Positions 58,159-59,550 of a stretch of DNA of 59,550 bases are shown one piece after another. Below the pieces are notes generated by a model. The model searched no databases. It was not told where the DNA came from and saw nothing but the letters and a program-made list of their open reading frames with translations. Position 1 is the first letter of the stretch, and the number at the start of each line of letters is the position of its first letter. Source of the DNA: Blastocatellia bacterium (GTDB taxonomy: Bacteria > Acidobacteriota > Blastocatellia > RBC074); contig JBGAPB010000004.1 of NCBI GenBank assembly GCA_044221525.1, forward strand, positions 1 through 59,550, given 5' to 3'. Both the position numbers and the translations under genes were made by a program.

Positions 58159-59550
58159 CTACGGCTTCACGGTCACGGGGGTAGAGATTCCCCGGCTGCC
58201 AGTCGTCACGGTGATCTGATACACGCCCGACGACATATCTCTGCCGCTCTCATTGCGGATGTCCCACACCGCGTCATTCACACCTGCCACGCCTTTGGTT
58301 TGCAGCGTCCGAATCGTTTCGCCTTCTGCATTGCGAACGGTGAGCGTGACGTTGCCGGGTTGTTTCAGCCAGTAATAAATGCGCGCGCGGCCACGGGGCG
58401 GAAAGGGCGGGACTTCGCGTGGCGCGGCCCATTTCAGTTTGACCGGGCGTACATCGAAGACGTGCAACTCAGCCGCGCTGACTTGGTCGCTGAGCGCCTG
58501 CAAGGGGCGCACATCCATCAGAAACATGCTGCGTCCGTGCGTGGCGATGATCAGTTCGTGTTCGCGCGGATGAATTACCAAATCCTGTACGGGCGTCGTC
58601 GGCAAATCGGCGCACAGCGATTGCCAATGCGCGCCGCGATCCGATGAAACATAGACGCCCGCGTCCGTGCCGAGATAAAGCAGGTTGGCGTTTTGCGGGT
58701 CTTCGCGCACGACGTTGATGGATTCAGCGGGCAGGTTGTTGGCGATGGATGTCCACGTTGCGCCGTAATCGGTCGAGCGATAGAGATACGCAGTGAAATC
58801 GTCTTCGCGATACCCGGTCAGCGAGACATAGACCGTTGCCGCGTCGTAATCAGAGGCCACGATGCGGCTGATCCATTTCTTCGGCAAACCGGCGCTAATG
58901 TTTTTCCAGTTCTTGCCGTCATCGCGCGTCAGATAGAGCTTGCCGCTTTCGGTGCCCGCATAAAGAATGCCGGGCGCAAAGCGCGATTCGGCCAGCATCG
59001 TAATCGTGCCCGTAGGCACAACCGCGCGTTCATCACCGGCGGGATCGCTGAGGTCAGGACTGATCGCGCGCCATTGCCCGCCGCGATTTTGTGATTTGAC
59101 GACGACGTTGCCGCCCGCATACAGCGTGCGCGGTTCGTGGCGCGAAATGATGAAGGGCGTGTACCAGCCGAACCGCCACGGCGCTTCGCCACGCGGCGCG
59201 CGCGGGCGAATGTTTTCCGTCGCAGGGCCGCCCGAAAACGGATTCCCGGCGGCAAGGTTCATCCGCAGCATGTCGCCGTTCTGATGTTCGTAATACACGT
59301 AGCGCGAATCGGTCGGATCAGGCAGCGTGACAAAGGCGTCGCCGCCCGTCCAGCGATCCAGCCACACATGCCGCCAAGCGTCATTCGCGGCAGGCTCATC
59401 GTCAGGACGATAATCCGAAGGCGCATACAACGCGCCGTCATCCTGCGTGCCGCCGAAAATCGTGTAGGGTTCCTGCATGTCTACCGAGACAAAATAGAAC
59501 TGGCCGATGGGCAGGTTGTTCAAATGCAGCCATGTTTTGCCACGGTCATA
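58159..59550 (-). CDS. BNR/Asp-box repeat beta-propeller protein (sortilin/VPS10- or glycosidase-like) with a C-terminal Ig-like domain. It is 5' partial, because the frame is open to the window end.
   Basis: Asp-box repeats are SQNRGGQW, TRDDGKNW, STDYGATW and SSDRGAHW, plus DRGKTW encoded upstream of the listed start. There is no stop between 59523 and 59550. Confidence 0.8.
   Translation of the reverse strand, partial: YDRGKTWLHLNNLPIGQFYFVSVDMQEPYTIFGGTQDDGALYAPSDYRPDDEPAANDAWRHVWLDRWTGGDAFVTLPDPTDSRYVYYEHQNGDMLRMNLAAGNPFSGGPATENIRPRAPRGEAPWRFGWYTPFIISRHEPRTLYAGGNVVVKSQNRGGQWRAISPDLSDPAGDERAVVPTGTITMLAESRFAPGILYAGTESGKLYLTRDDGKNWKNISAGLPKKWISRIVASDYDAATVYVSLTGYREDDFTAYLYRSTDYGATWTSIANNLPAESINVVREDPQNANLLYLGTDAGVYVSSDRGAHWQSLCADLPTTPVQDLVIHPREHELIIATHGRSMFLMDVRPLQALSDQVSAAELHVFDVRPVKLKWAAPREVPPFPPRGRARIYYWLKQPGNVTLTVRNAEGETIRTLQTKGVAGVNDAVWDIRNESGRDMSSGVYQITVTTGSRGISTPVTVKP

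Overview
This 59.5-kb window comes from a moderately GC-rich diderm bacterium. Gene content and repeat types look Acidobacteriota-like, but that is an inference from the sequence, not a database result. Most of the window is core genome, largely on the minus strand. It holds a partial NtrB-like histidine kinase, a MIOX/GH4/amidohydrolase sugar cluster, an orphan RND pump and an FHA-GAF sigma-54 activator facing a sigma-54 promoter. It also holds rlmB, dnaB-alr, an S8 protease, rpsF-rpsR-rplI, ispE-tRNA(Gln)-prs-ctc-pth, an ABC-F ATPase, a SurA-like PPIase and ridA. Further along are a complete tolQ-tolR-tolA-tolB-pal-ybgF cluster, a detached atpD-atpC pair, a PfkB kinase, tal-pgi and an Ntn acylase. 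A roughly 9-kb run of exported (many Tat-signal) enzymes follows, ending in a partial BNR/Asp-box protein. The clearly accessory part is about 34.5-39.3 kb. It contains an IS200-like Y1 (RAYT-type) transposase bracketed by two roughly 155-nt REP doublets. Next to it is a TIR + Mrr-like nuclease gene followed by a NACHT-pentapeptide-WD40 (bacterial NLR/STAND-like) reading frame. That frame is broken by several homopolymer-associated frameshifts and carries a third REP doublet inside it. A 280-nt composite palindrome lies directly upstream of the locus. This TIR/nuclease-NACHT-WD40 locus is my best candidate for an uncharacterised (defence-type) system. Whether it is intact depends on whether the frameshifts are real. 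Other points worth a look are a second REP-like family (GTAGTYCCG...) inside operons, a multiply frameshifted M20 amidohydrolase pseudogene and a tal/pgi junction one nucleotide away from a fusion. A Ser/Thr kinase remnant sits next to a nucleotidyltransferase + small-ORF pair. No CRISPR array, rRNA or prophage was seen.
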